A DNA stretch of 64,000 nt from the NCBI GenBank assembly GCA_020160935.1, contig JAIUPL010000013.1, forward strand, positions 47,710 to 111,709. The letters are read 5' to 3'. The DNA is from Bacteroidota bacterium. GTDB lineage: Bacteria > Bacteroidota > Bacteroidia > Chitinophagales > Saprospiraceae. Positions 6,714 through 15,989 of the stretch are shown here, in pieces. Under the pieces are notes generated by a model that did not search any database, was not told the origin of the DNA, and worked only from the letters and a program-made list of their open reading frames with translations. Both the position numbers and the translations under genes were made by a program. Position 1 is the stretch's first letter, and each line of letters begins with the position of its first letter.

Positions 6714-9700
6714 ATGACGACCAATTTCTCCTATCTTCCCGAAGCATGGCAAGCGCTGGCCCGCACGGCCATCGAAGCCGAGCAACAGGTATATGCTGCG
6801 CCTATGTATGCGGCCATGCTGTGCCGCAAAAGCCTGGAGGAATGGATACGCTGGATATACGAACACGACGACGCGCTGGAAATGCCGCAAGACACCTCGC
6901 TCAATTCACTCCTGCACCAACAGGCTTTCAAGGAACTGGTAGCGCCAAGCCAGTTCGGCCAGATCAACCTCATCCGCAAAATCGGCAACAATGCGGTGCA
7001 TTCCAGTGTGCGCATCAAATCCGACGAAGCCCTGTATGCCGTCAAACTGCTGTACAACTTCACGGGCTGGGTAGTGCGGCTCTACGACGAGGCCGACCTC
7101 GTGGCGCCGCCCTTCAATACGGCCCTGGTGCCGCAGCCCGTTGCTGCCGACAAAAGCAAGGAAGAACTGCAAAAACTGGAAGCCGCCTACCTGCAATCGC
7201 AGGAAGCCTTGCAGCGCGTGCAGGCCGAACTCGATGCCATCAAAGCCGTCAAAGCCCGAAACCAGGCGTATGTGCCGCCGCCGCACGACCCCAATGAGGC
7301 CCTTACCCGACAATACTACATCGACGCGCTGCTGCGCGAAGCCGGTTGGGAGCCGGATGCGCCGCGTGTGCGGGAGTTCCCGGTGCAGGGCATGCCGACG
7401 GCACAGGGCGCCGACGGCACAGGCAGGGCCGATTACGTGCTCTGGGGCGACGACGGGCTGCCGCTCGCAGTGGTGGAAGCCAAACGCAGCCAGCACGACC
7501 CGCGCGTGGGCGCACACCAGGCCAAATTGTATGCCGATTGCCTGGAACGGGAATTCGGCCAGCGGCCCGTTGTTTTTTATTCCAATGGGTACGATACCTG
7601 GGTTTGGGACGACACCAGGTATCCGCCCCGCGCGGTGCAGGGGTTTTACACCCGCGACGAACTTCAGTCGCTCGTCCACCGCCGCTTCAGTCGACAGCCG
7701 CTGTCGACCGCGCCCATCAACGAGGCCATCACCGACCGATACTACCAGCAGGAAGCCATTCGGGCCGTCGGGGAAGCGCTGGAACAAAACCGCCGGGAAG
7801 TCCTGCTCGTCATGGCTACCGGAACCGGCAAAACGCGCGTAGCAGCCTCTATCATCGACGTGCTGAGCAAGGCAGGCTGGATAAAACGCGTGTTGTTTCT
7901 GGCCGACCGCAACGCGCTGATCCATCAGGCGAAAGTCAACCTGAACGAGTACCTCCCGCATTTACCCGCCATAGACCTGACAAAAGAAAAAGAAGACGAA
8001 AGCAGCCGCATCGTTTTTTCCACCTACCAGACCATCATCCACATGATCGATGGCGAATCGGAAGGTGGGCAGCGGAGTTACGGACCGGGGCATTTCGATC
8101 TGATTATTTTTGATGAAATACACCGAAGTGTGTACAACAAATACAAGTACATTTTCAGGTATTTCGACGGGATACGGCTGGGCCTTACCGCCACGCCCAG
8201 GGCCGAAGGCGACCGCGATACGTACGACCTGTTCGGCCTGGAGCCGCACAACCCGACCTATGCCTACGAACTGGAACAGGCTGTGAACGATGGCTTTCTG
8301 ACGCCGCCGACTGCCATTTCAGTGCCGGTGAAATTTCATCGACAGGGCATTCGTTACGCCGATCTGTCGGCAGAAGAGAAAAGGGCGTATGAAGAGCAGT
8401 TTGCCGACCCGATAACCGGGCAGTTTCCGGACGAGATAGATGCTGCGGCCCTCAACAAATGGCTGTTCAACGAAGATACCGTCGACAAGGTAATCGGCTA
8501 CCTTATGGAGCATGGCATCAAAGTGGAAGGCGGCGACAAATTAGGAAAAACCATCATTTTCGCCCGTTCGCACGAGCATGCCAAATTTATAGAAGGGCGT
8601 TTCAACAAGCAATATCCACAGTACGGCGGCCATTTTCTGAAAGTGATCGACTACCAGGAAGAATATAAGTACGACCTGCTGAATCAGTTTAAAAGCAGGG
8701 AAAAATTGCCGCAAATTGCCGTTTCAGTGGATATGCTCGATACGGGCATCGACGTGCCTGAAGTGGTCAATCTGTTGTTTTACAAGCCCGTACGCAGCAG
8801 CGCGAAGTACTGGCAGATGATCGGGCGGGGCACGCGCCTGTGCCCGGACCTGTTTGGCCCCGGCGACCACAAAAAGCGCTTTGTGATCTTTGATTTTTGT
8901 GAAAACTTCGAGTTTTTCGGCCAGCATCCGCAGGGTTTCAGCGGCAGCACCGGCAAATCATTGAGTCAGCGGATTTTCGAAACCCGCCTGAGGCTGGCGC
9001 AGGTATTGCAGGCAGAAACAGCGCCTGCTTTGCAGGAATACGCACAGCAACTGCTCGATCTGTTGATTGCTCAGACGCAGGCGCTCAACCGCGATAGTTT
9101 TATCGTGCGGCAGCACCTGCGCGTGGTAGAAAAATACAGTGATCCGCACCGTTGGAATGCGCTGGACGATCAGGATATGCGCGATATTTTTCGGGAAATC
9201 GCCCCCCTGGTGTCAGAAACCGGGCAGCATGAAATGGCCAAACGCTTTGATGCCATGATGTTCGACCTGCAATTGTTTTCACACGTAGGCGACAAGCGGC
9301 AGGCAGGCATTGTGAGGCAGGTGGCTGATATAGCAGGCCAACTGACCAAAAAAGGCTCCATCCCGGCCGTTGCGGAAAAGATGGATATGCTGCGCGGTGT
9401 TCATTCACAAGGCTGGGCTGCCGGGGCCGATGTTGTGGCTCTGGAGCGCATTCGACTCGACATGCGCGATCTGTTGCGATTTCTGGAGCCTTCGAGTCAG
9501 CCGCTGGTATATTCCACTTATTTAGATGCTTTTGAAAGCACTGCACAGGAACACACTTTATTGTACAAGGTGAACAACCTGGATGCGTACCGGCGCAAGG
9601 TGCAACAGTACATCCTCCAGCACGAACAGCACCTGGTGATTCATAAAATCAAAACGAACGTACCGATCACCCGCGCCGAACTGGCCGAACTGGAGCGGAT

Positions 9701-10049
9701 GTTGTTCGAACAGGGCGCCATCGGGACGCGGGAGGAGTTTGTACAGGCTTATGGAGATCAGCCGTTGGGTAAATTCATCAGAAGCATCATTGGTCTGGAT
9801 GCCAACGCGGCCAAAACGGCTTTTGCGGCGCTACTGCAAACGGGTCAGTTCAACAGTCGGCAAATCCGGTTTATCGACACGATCATCAATTCTTTTATTT
9901 CTCAGGGTATTGTGGAGCCGTCACGTTTGTTTGAGTCGCCGTTTACCGACCTGCATGCCCATGGATTGTCCGGTGTGTTTGATGCCTACACTTCCAGCAG
10001 GATTATTGAACTGGTAGAAAGCGTGAACAGGAATGCGGAGGTGGCGTAG
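6714..10049 (+). CDS. hsdR: type I restriction enzyme, endonuclease/helicase subunit R
   Basis: Nuclease-type motif ADYVLWGDDGLPLAVVEAKRS. SF2 helicase motifs LLVMATGTGKTR (I), DLIIFDEIHR (II), LGLTATP (III), QMIGRGTRL (VI). The helical N-terminus is DUF4145-like and the C-terminal region is typical of EcoEI-type R subunits. Confidence 0.93.
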   Translation: MTTNFSYLPEAWQALARTAIEAEQQVYAAPMYAAMLCRKSLEEWIRWIYEHDDALEMPQDTSLNSLLHQQAFKELVAPSQFGQINLIRKIGNNAVHSSVRIKSDEALYAVKLLYNFTGWVVRLYDEADLVAPPFNTALVPQPVAADKSKEELQKLEAAYLQSQEALQRVQAELDAIKAVKARNQAYVPPPHDPNEALTRQYYIDALLREAGWEPDAPRVREFPVQGMPTAQGADGTGRADYVLWGDDGLPLAVVEAKRSQHDPRVGAHQAKLYADCLEREFGQRPVVFYSNGYDTWVWDDTRYPPRAVQGFYTRDELQSLVHRRFSRQPLSTAPINEAITDRYYQQEAIRAVGEALEQNRREVLLVMATGTGKTRVAASIIDVLSKAGWIKRVLFLADRNALIHQAKVNLNEYLPHLPAIDLTKEKEDESSRIVFSTYQTIIHMIDGESEGGQRSYGPGHFDLIIFDEIHRSVYNKYKYIFRYFDGIRLGLTATPRAEGDRDTYDLFGLEPHNPTYAYELEQAVNDGFLTPPTAISVPVKFHRQGIRYADLSAEEKRAYEEQFADPITGQFPDEIDAAALNKWLFNEDTVDKVIGYLMEHGIKVEGGDKLGKTIIFARSHEHAKFIEGRFNKQYPQYGGHFLKVIDYQEEYKYDLLNQFKSREKLPQIAVSVDMLDTGIDVPEVVNLLFYKPVRSSAKYWQMIGRGTRLCPDLFGPGDHKKRFVIFDFCENFEFFGQHPQGFSGSTGKSLSQRIFETRLRLAQVLQAETAPALQEYAQQLLDLLIAQTQALNRDSFIVRQHLRVVEKYSDPHRWNALDDQDMRDIFREIAPLVSETGQHEMAKRFDAMMFDLQLFSHVGDKRQAGIVRQVADIAGQLTKKGSIPAVAEKMDMLRGVHSQGWAAGADVVALERIRLDMRDLLRFLEPSSQPLVYSTYLDAFESTAQEHTLLYKVNNLDAYRRKVQQYILQHEQHLVIHKIKTNVPITRAELAELERMLFEQGAIGTREEFVQAYGDQPLGKFIRSIIGLDANAAKTAFAALLQTGQFNSRQIRFIDTIINSFISQGIVEPSRLFESPFTDLHAHGLSGVFDAYTSSRIIELVESVNRNAEVA

Positions 10050-10061
10050 AGCATTTTCAAC

Positions 10062-10075
10062 GACAACATGTTGTC
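10062..10075. terminator. 14-bp perfect palindrome between convergent hsdR and the caspase gene
   Basis: gacaacatgttgtc is self-complementary. There is no U-tract, so terminator function is speculative. Confidence 0.2.
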
Positions 10076-10084
10076 TGCTCATGG

Positions 10085-11983
10085 CTATCTTGTACTGTCT
10101 TTCGTTTCCAGGCTAAGCCTTATGGTATAGGCTGTCCAATCAGTCTGTTCCAGGTGTTGGCGTTTTGCATCGCTCCGTAAGTAAGGAAAATGAGCAGACA
10201 GACCTTTTTGAACAAAGGGTTCTGTATTTAATTCTCCTGTACAAATTACTACTTTTATATATTCATCCACGGCAGAAAGGTCTGGCAGATCGATACGCAG
10301 TGGGATGGTTCGGTACTGGTAATTTTCAAAAACATCGGTAGCCCAAACTTCTTGCCCTGGTTGCAATTCCTGTTTTGGAAGTAATGCATTACTAATCGCA
10401 AAATTACTGTCGAGGTATAACACCCCGATCCAGTATGGTTGTTGTCCCGTATTGCGAATTTTAAGTTGAAAGCCAGGTCTGGAGCCTCCCGGTGTGTAAC
10501 GGAAAAGGGCAATATCAGTCTGCCAGTCCACCAATTCGACAGGAGCATTGTCTGATTCGTTTCCCGGTTCGGTCACACGATACAATTCAATGGTAATGTC
10601 CGACTCCGGTATTCGGGTGTTGTGGTTTGACAGATTGAGCGTGTGCAGCCAGTTGGCTACTACTTCCAGTTTTTGAAGAAAAAATATGGCTGTTGTTGTA
10701 CCATACCCTTGTATGGGTTCAAAAAATGGCAGATCATGATGTGTTCTGCTCAAAAAGTATGTACCGTTTTTCGCGTGCACGAGACATTCTGCTTGCATAA
10801 CCATGCTACATAATTGAAACAGGTCAGAGCCACGGTTTTCTATTGCTGCTGTCAAAAAGGAAACCCCTTCGGAGTCGCTGCCGGAAGCAAATGCGATGTT
10901 GAGTTTGGGTTTGGCTCTCAGCCGGATTACGGCACCATAAGATCGTTTTGTATCATAGCCCTCCATGCCGCTTACGGCTGAATGATCTGCAAAAACGGTT
11001 TCAACGGTTACCAGGTGCTCGTCTTCCTGCAGTTGCAGCACTGTGGGGTTTCCCGGTTCGGAGGGCGGAATGCCATGCATTGCTCCTGCATGGAGTACCC
11101 AGCCAGCAGAGTGATCCCAGGATACCAGAAATGACGGGTGTTCGGACTCGATCTTACTAAACAAGAAACCCAGGTTTCGATCTTCCTGAAAAGTTGCATC
11201 CAGTTGTGGAGACTGTTGTCGGACTATATTCCGAATTCGTTGGCGAATGCGCTCCAACAGGTTATGATAGGAAATCGACGCGCCGGTATTTTCAAGCGCT
11301 TCTACGAGGCAATAAGTGAAAATCCCGCCCGGCTTGTCTACAATAGTTATTTCTTTGGCCAGTTCGGTATCACGTGCTGCTGCCAGGTGAACCCTACGTC
11401 CCATCGGCGGGCGCAAGGCGCCGTCTTTCATTTTTTTAAAATGGTCGATGCCCAATAATTCAGATGCCGGAACGGCCGGCCCAAACTCACGGATTAAACG
11501 AACCCCGGAGGCTGCATCATCGGCATGACGCATCCTACCCGAATGGCAACAATCCATGGTCGTAACAAAAGGCACATCAATATGCTTGGAAACGCTCCAG
11601 ATGAGGTAGGATAATTCTTTGTCCATAAGGTCATACCCATCGGGCTGCCGGCTGTCCCAGCAAACGATAGATTCCTGATAATGATCTGGTTCGAATTCCC
11701 AGAAGGCTTCCGGAGCAGCACACCGGGAGCCATGGCCGGAGAAATGAAACAAACACGCATCTCCAGCCTGTGCTTGCTGGAAATGATCGAAACCCTCGAT
11801 GATCGCCTGACGCCCGGCCGCCTCATTGGTCAATACGAGCGGATAAAAAACTACTCCCATACGAGTGCAGTACGTGTCCAGAAATTGATACATGCGCTCA
11901 ACATCATTTACACAACCGTTGAGGGCGTGTGCAGGATTGGGATACTGGTCGATGCCAACCAGCAGGGCATATAATGTAGGCAT
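10085..11983 (-). CDS. caspase-fold (peptidase C14-like) protein with a ~370-aa beta-rich C-terminal region
   Basis: N-terminus YALLVGIDQYPNPAHALNGCVNDV, catalytic His in FHFSGHGS, catalytic Cys in TMDCCHSGRM. The C-terminal part (QLKIRNTGQQPYWIGVLYLDSNFAIS) recalls the DUF4384-type domain often attached to caspases; this is recognition from memory. Confidence 0.85.
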   Translation of the reverse strand: MPTLYALLVGIDQYPNPAHALNGCVNDVERMYQFLDTYCTRMGVVFYPLVLTNEAAGRQAIIEGFDHFQQAQAGDACLFHFSGHGSRCAAPEAFWEFEPDHYQESIVCWDSRQPDGYDLMDKELSYLIWSVSKHIDVPFVTTMDCCHSGRMRHADDAASGVRLIREFGPAVPASELLGIDHFKKMKDGALRPPMGRRVHLAAARDTELAKEITIVDKPGGIFTYCLVEALENTGASISYHNLLERIRQRIRNIVRQQSPQLDATFQEDRNLGFLFSKIESEHPSFLVSWDHSAGWVLHAGAMHGIPPSEPGNPTVLQLQEDEHLVTVETVFADHSAVSGMEGYDTKRSYGAVIRLRAKPKLNIAFASGSDSEGVSFLTAAIENRGSDLFQLCSMVMQAECLVHAKNGTYFLSRTHHDLPFFEPIQGYGTTTAIFFLQKLEVVANWLHTLNLSNHNTRIPESDITIELYRVTEPGNESDNAPVELVDWQTDIALFRYTPGGSRPGFQLKIRNTGQQPYWIGVLYLDSNFAISNALLPKQELQPGQEVWATDVFENYQYRTIPLRIDLPDLSAVDEYIKVVICTGELNTEPFVQKGLSAHFPYLRSDAKRQHLEQTDWTAYTIRLSLETKDSTR

Positions 11984-12054
11984 TAATACATATTGTAATT
12001 TTTTGAAAAATATTCTGCAATTTAGCGCTGTGCAAAGTAAGATTGGAATAAAAG

Positions 12055-12129
12055 TATAGGTAGTACTGATTTTTTGGTAGGATGGATACGGGTTTTCAGG
12101 TAGTCAAAATGCGTCTTTTTAGGTAGTTT
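12055..12129. promoter_or_regulatory. four (A)GGTAG(T) direct repeats in the divergent intergenic region
   Basis: GGTAG at 12059, 12076, 12099 and 12122 (spacings 17, 23, 23 nt). Three share the context T-rich + AGGTAGT. The array lies between the caspase gene (-) and the metzincin gene (+). Confidence 0.35.
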
Positions 12130-12179
12130 ATTCACAGACACTGTATATGACTTTTGTCTGTAAAATAATAATAGTAGTT

Positions 12180-12965
12180 ATGAAAAAGAATAAACAAGGA
12201 ACGCCCCCACATGACCCCAAAAATATAGTATCACCTGGCCTGCTTATGGCTGGTGCTGAGAAATCTATTTCAATAACAAGGAGGGAATTTTCGGTAATGA
12301 CACTGGGGGCAATGAGTAGTCTCGCATTGCCAAGTTTATTAAGGAGTCAAATCACGTCGGGGACGGCACAGGCTTCGGGAACCAATAATATCATTCATTA
12401 TTATTTCCATGATTTCGGGAATTTGTCTGTTCTGATACTGGAAAGGGCAGTGAAGATTATGCTTGATAATATTTTTTCACCTTTCATTCTTGAAGAAGCA
12501 TACCGGATTGCCTCCCGTTGGTGTATGCAGGATGGGTATTGGAAAGCCTGTAAAATGAATTTGCAATCGCACTATACCCCCTGGGATCTTTTATCCTATC
12601 AGATCAAAACGCTGTCTGTGCAATCAGTACTACCTGATCTGCATTTTTATGGCATGAATAAAAAAAGTGATATAATGGGGCAAGGAGAACTGGGATGTGT
12701 AAAAATTATTTGGGTAGATCCCAATTGGGTAAGAATCAAAGGTCATTTTAAAGTACAAATTAACCGAAGGCAGTTCATGTATTCGACGGATCCTTTGGAG
12801 TGGGCTGCCGTCATCGTTCATGAAATGCTGCATAATTTAGGACACGCTCATCCGGACAATGATTATAGACTCGATTTTCAAATAATGGCTTTCGAGCAGG
12901 CGATGTATTACAGCGCAGATACTTCGATATACGGCCCGCTTCCTTCCGCCTGGGGTGGGTATTAG
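12180..12965 (+). CDS. Tat-signal metzincin-like zinc metalloprotease
   Basis: Twin-arginine motif ITRREFSVMTLGAMSSLALPSLL and zinc site HEMLHNLGHAHPD (HExxHxxGxxH). ATG 12180 is preferred within ORF 12147..12965. Confidence 0.7.
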   Translation: MKKNKQGTPPHDPKNIVSPGLLMAGAEKSISITRREFSVMTLGAMSSLALPSLLRSQITSGTAQASGTNNIIHYYFHDFGNLSVLILERAVKIMLDNIFSPFILEEAYRIASRWCMQDGYWKACKMNLQSHYTPWDLLSYQIKTLSVQSVLPDLHFYGMNKKSDIMGQGELGCVKIIWVDPNWVRIKGHFKVQINRRQFMYSTDPLEWAAVIVHEMLHNLGHAHPDNDYRLDFQIMAFEQAMYYSADTSIYGPLPSAWGGY

Positions 12966-13127
12966 AAACTGTTTTAAACCCCCTCACCGGCTGCAAAGAC
13001 TTGTCTTTTAAGGCTATATTTCATCCATTGATAAAGGAATAGGCCCCGCTATGCCACCAAAAATGAATCTCATCTATCCTTAAAATTCAAGCCTTTTCGC
13101 CTCGGCAGGGGTTTTAAAACAGTTTCT
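12964..13127. repeat. 164-bp element bounded by ~20-bp inverted repeats (MITE-like or long hairpin)
   Basis: agaaactgttttaaaccccc (12964-12983) pairs with ggggttttaaaacagtttct (13108-13127), complementary except for a 1-nt indel. It starts inside the TAG stop of the metzincin gene and ends 13 nt before ATG 13141. Confidence 0.7.
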
Positions 13128-13140
13128 TAACCTTTTCATC

Positions 13141-15975
13141 ATGGCAAAGTCAATTCGTAATCAACTAACTGCACACTTTCCTGCTAGCCATGCCTTCCTC
13201 GTTGGGGTACAGGATTATAGGTATGTTGCGCCCTTACAGACACCAGTCAATGACATAAAAAGCCTGGCGGAAGTACTTCAAATAGAGGCGCATGGTTTCC
13301 ACGTGCATGAACTGTTGATCAACCCGGAAAAGGAGGCGCTTGAAACTTATTTCGAAACAACCATCCCTGGCATTGTCAAGGAAAACGATCGGGTACTGAT
13401 CTATTTTGCCGGCCACGGAATTGCCATAGACGAAGCGGGGCAAACAGAACCGAAAGGGTTTCTATTACCCGTCGATGCACGCAGGAGCGACGAACATTCC
13501 TTCACTTCCATGGCATTTCTCAATATGTGCCTGCAAAAACTCCCCTGCCGGCATTTACTCCTTTTGCTGGATTGTTGCTTTGCAGGTTCCTTTCAGTGGG
13601 CAGTGGATCAAACAAGAGGTTATGGAAGAGATTCATTCTTCAAGACTATTTATCGGCAACGCTATGAATATTTTCTTCAGGAACCCGCATGGCAGGCAAT
13701 TGCATCATCAGCGTATCATCAACGCGCTTTGGATGTTGCCATCGATTATGCACTCGGGCAACGAGAAAAGGTGGGAGGGGCTCTCAACTCTCCTTTTGCA
13801 GAAACCCTTGTCGTGGCACTCAGAGATGGCGCAGGTGACCGCAGTCCCTCAGACGGTTTGATGACGGTATCCGAAATTTTTGCTTACCTACAGGATCAAT
13901 TGGTTCAGTTTAGTCATCTTCATATTCAAAAGCCGGTATTCTTTCCATTGCGGAATCACAGGCAAGGGGAATTTATTTTTCTCAACCCAAAAGTAAAATT
14001 ACACCTGGCAGATTATTCAGACGACTACAATCCCTACAGGGGTTTAGAGTCTTATGAACACCATCATCGCAATCTTTTCTACGGTAGAGACCGAGTGATT
14101 GAAGATTTAATGGAAGTATTAAACTACAATTCCCTGCTGATTGTCAGCGGTGATTCAGGCGCAGGCAAATCCTCTCTGGTCAGAGCCGGATTGATGCCAG
14201 AATTGGAACTGAGGGGATATCGCTTGCTCCATCCGATTCGCCCTGGTATGCATCCACTTGAGTCACTTGAAACTGCTGTGAAGGAGGCATCGGATAAACC
14301 CAGCGATCTTCCTTCTATTTTACTGGTCGATCAATTAGAAGAACTTGCGTCATCTTATGTTCAGGGTACAGAACGCACAGCATTTTTATCTTTTTTATCT
14401 TCTGAACTGGAACAACAAAGGTTTTTTCAAAAAATCATATTAACGGTTCGTTCCGACTTCGAGACTTTTTTCGAACAGTCGCCACTATCCCCCTACTGGA
14501 ACCGGACAGCCCGTTATCCCATACCCGGCTTTGAGTATGCTGAGTTGGAAGACATCGTATTATGCCCCATGCAAGAGCGATGTATCACATATGAAAAAGA
14601 CCTGACAGCACAGTTGATTCGGGAGGTTCAGAACAAGATCGGTGGATTGCCCTTGCTGTCATTTGCATTATTCGAATTATATGAGTGTTTTAAAGGGAGA
14701 AGGTTGAATGATGAGCACTTTCGTACCATTACGTGGAAAGATTATCAATCCACAGGTGGCGTAGTAGGTGCCCTGGAAAAACGCGCTGACCACATTTACG
14801 AACGTTTCGATGATATACACCGATCCGTTTTCAGGAAAGTCATACTCCGATTGGTGTCCAACGAGAACAGGGAATCTGGAAGACGAGTCCTGGCAGATGA
14901 AATAACCTATCGAAACTCTGAGGAAAATCAATGTGTTTCGCTTATTCTGGAAAGCCTCATTGATGCCCGCCTGCTGGTTACCGGCACCGACTACAGAGGC
15001 GATCGATTTATAGAACCCGCACATGATGCGCTGATACGTAGCTGGAACAGGTTGCGGTTGTGGATTGATGAGTTCAAGGATTACCTTCCATTACGGGATC
15101 AATTGATCGCCAAACTTACGGATTACCGGCAAAGCGGAGGGAAAGAAACCCTCCTGATGCACAACGATCCCAGGCTGGCGCAATTGGAAGACGTTCGAAA
15201 TAGACCGCAATGTTGGTACAATGCCCAAGAGGACGAATATGTACTTCAGAGTATTGCATGGAGGGAGAAGAAAAAGCGGGAGAACCGCAGAATTAGAGCC
15301 TATGTCTTCAGCGGGTTATCTTTTCTGTTATTACTGGCTTGTCTGTTTGGAATACAAAGTTTTATTGCCAATCAGGATTTGAAGGTTAAACAGATTTCTT
15401 TACAGCATGCCAACACTACCATTTTGAATCAACGCGACAGTCTGATACGGCGCGAATATGAAAACAACATCGCCAAAGGCCTGGAAGCGCAAAGCCAAAA
15501 GCGTTTTGTCGATGCGCTCAGTTCATTTCAGGAAGCAATCCAAAGGTGCCAAAACGACTCACTACTACTCGATAGTTTGCCCATAGCCCTTTCCTGTAGA
15601 AGCAGATGTCAGAAGTTGGCAGCAGACGACACCCGCTTTCAGGAATTATCGACCCAGGCAGAATCTTTGATAGCAAAAAACGATGATCGGGATCTGGGAA
15701 CTATTATCGAAATATACCGACAAAGCCTGCAGAAAGAAGTGGATGCCAGTTCAAAGGCAGTAATTGTAGAAAAAATCAGACAACTGGAAACCAGAAGGGA
15801 CCAGGCGTTCACCAAGACGATGGATATCGCTGCCGGAAGGGTACGAATCAACGAACCTTGCAGCGCTTTTTTCCTCTATCAGAAAGCGAATCAGATCAAA
15901 CCCGGGCAATCGGAAGCACTTCAAAAAATGCACGAATTAAAGAGTATGGCATTGAATTGCAAGGAACTTAAATAA
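13141..15975 (+). CDS. caspase-fold protease fused to a STAND P-loop NTPase, one TM helix and a helical/TPR-like tail
   Basis: Caspase dyad YFAGHGI / LLLLDCCFAGSF. STAND preamble NPYRGLESYEHHHRNLFYGRDR, Walker A SGDSGAGKSSLVRAGL, Walker B ILLVDQLEEL (nSTAND1-like pattern). TM AYVFSGLSFLLLLACLFGIQSFI near nt 15296-15366, then ~200 helical aa. Confidence 0.88.
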   Translation: MAKSIRNQLTAHFPASHAFLVGVQDYRYVAPLQTPVNDIKSLAEVLQIEAHGFHVHELLINPEKEALETYFETTIPGIVKENDRVLIYFAGHGIAIDEAGQTEPKGFLLPVDARRSDEHSFTSMAFLNMCLQKLPCRHLLLLLDCCFAGSFQWAVDQTRGYGRDSFFKTIYRQRYEYFLQEPAWQAIASSAYHQRALDVAIDYALGQREKVGGALNSPFAETLVVALRDGAGDRSPSDGLMTVSEIFAYLQDQLVQFSHLHIQKPVFFPLRNHRQGEFIFLNPKVKLHLADYSDDYNPYRGLESYEHHHRNLFYGRDRVIEDLMEVLNYNSLLIVSGDSGAGKSSLVRAGLMPELELRGYRLLHPIRPGMHPLESLETAVKEASDKPSDLPSILLVDQLEELASSYVQGTERTAFLSFLSSELEQQRFFQKIILTVRSDFETFFEQSPLSPYWNRTARYPIPGFEYAELEDIVLCPMQERCITYEKDLTAQLIREVQNKIGGLPLLSFALFELYECFKGRRLNDEHFRTITWKDYQSTGGVVGALEKRADHIYERFDDIHRSVFRKVILRLVSNENRESGRRVLADEITYRNSEENQCVSLILESLIDARLLVTGTDYRGDRFIEPAHDALIRSWNRLRLWIDEFKDYLPLRDQLIAKLTDYRQSGGKETLLMHNDPRLAQLEDVRNRPQCWYNAQEDEYVLQSIAWREKKKRENRRIRAYVFSGLSFLLLLACLFGIQSFIANQDLKVKQISLQHANTTILNQRDSLIRREYENNIAKGLEAQSQKRFVDALSSFQEAIQRCQNDSLLLDSLPIALSCRSRCQKLAADDTRFQELSTQAESLIAKNDDRDLGTIIEIYRQSLQKEVDASSKAVIVEKIRQLETRRDQAFTKTMDIAAGRVRINEPCSAFFLYQKANQIKPGQSEALQKMHELKSMALNCKELK

Positions 15976-15989
15976 CCCATTTATCTGAC

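Noticed and set aside
6906-7961. 351-aa minus-strand ORF (and overlapping plus-strand ORFs 6746..7297, 7141..7842, 7346..8113)
   Set aside because: They lie inside hsdR, which carries clear nuclease and helicase motifs. The alternatives are Arg/Ala/Pro-rich shadow frames.
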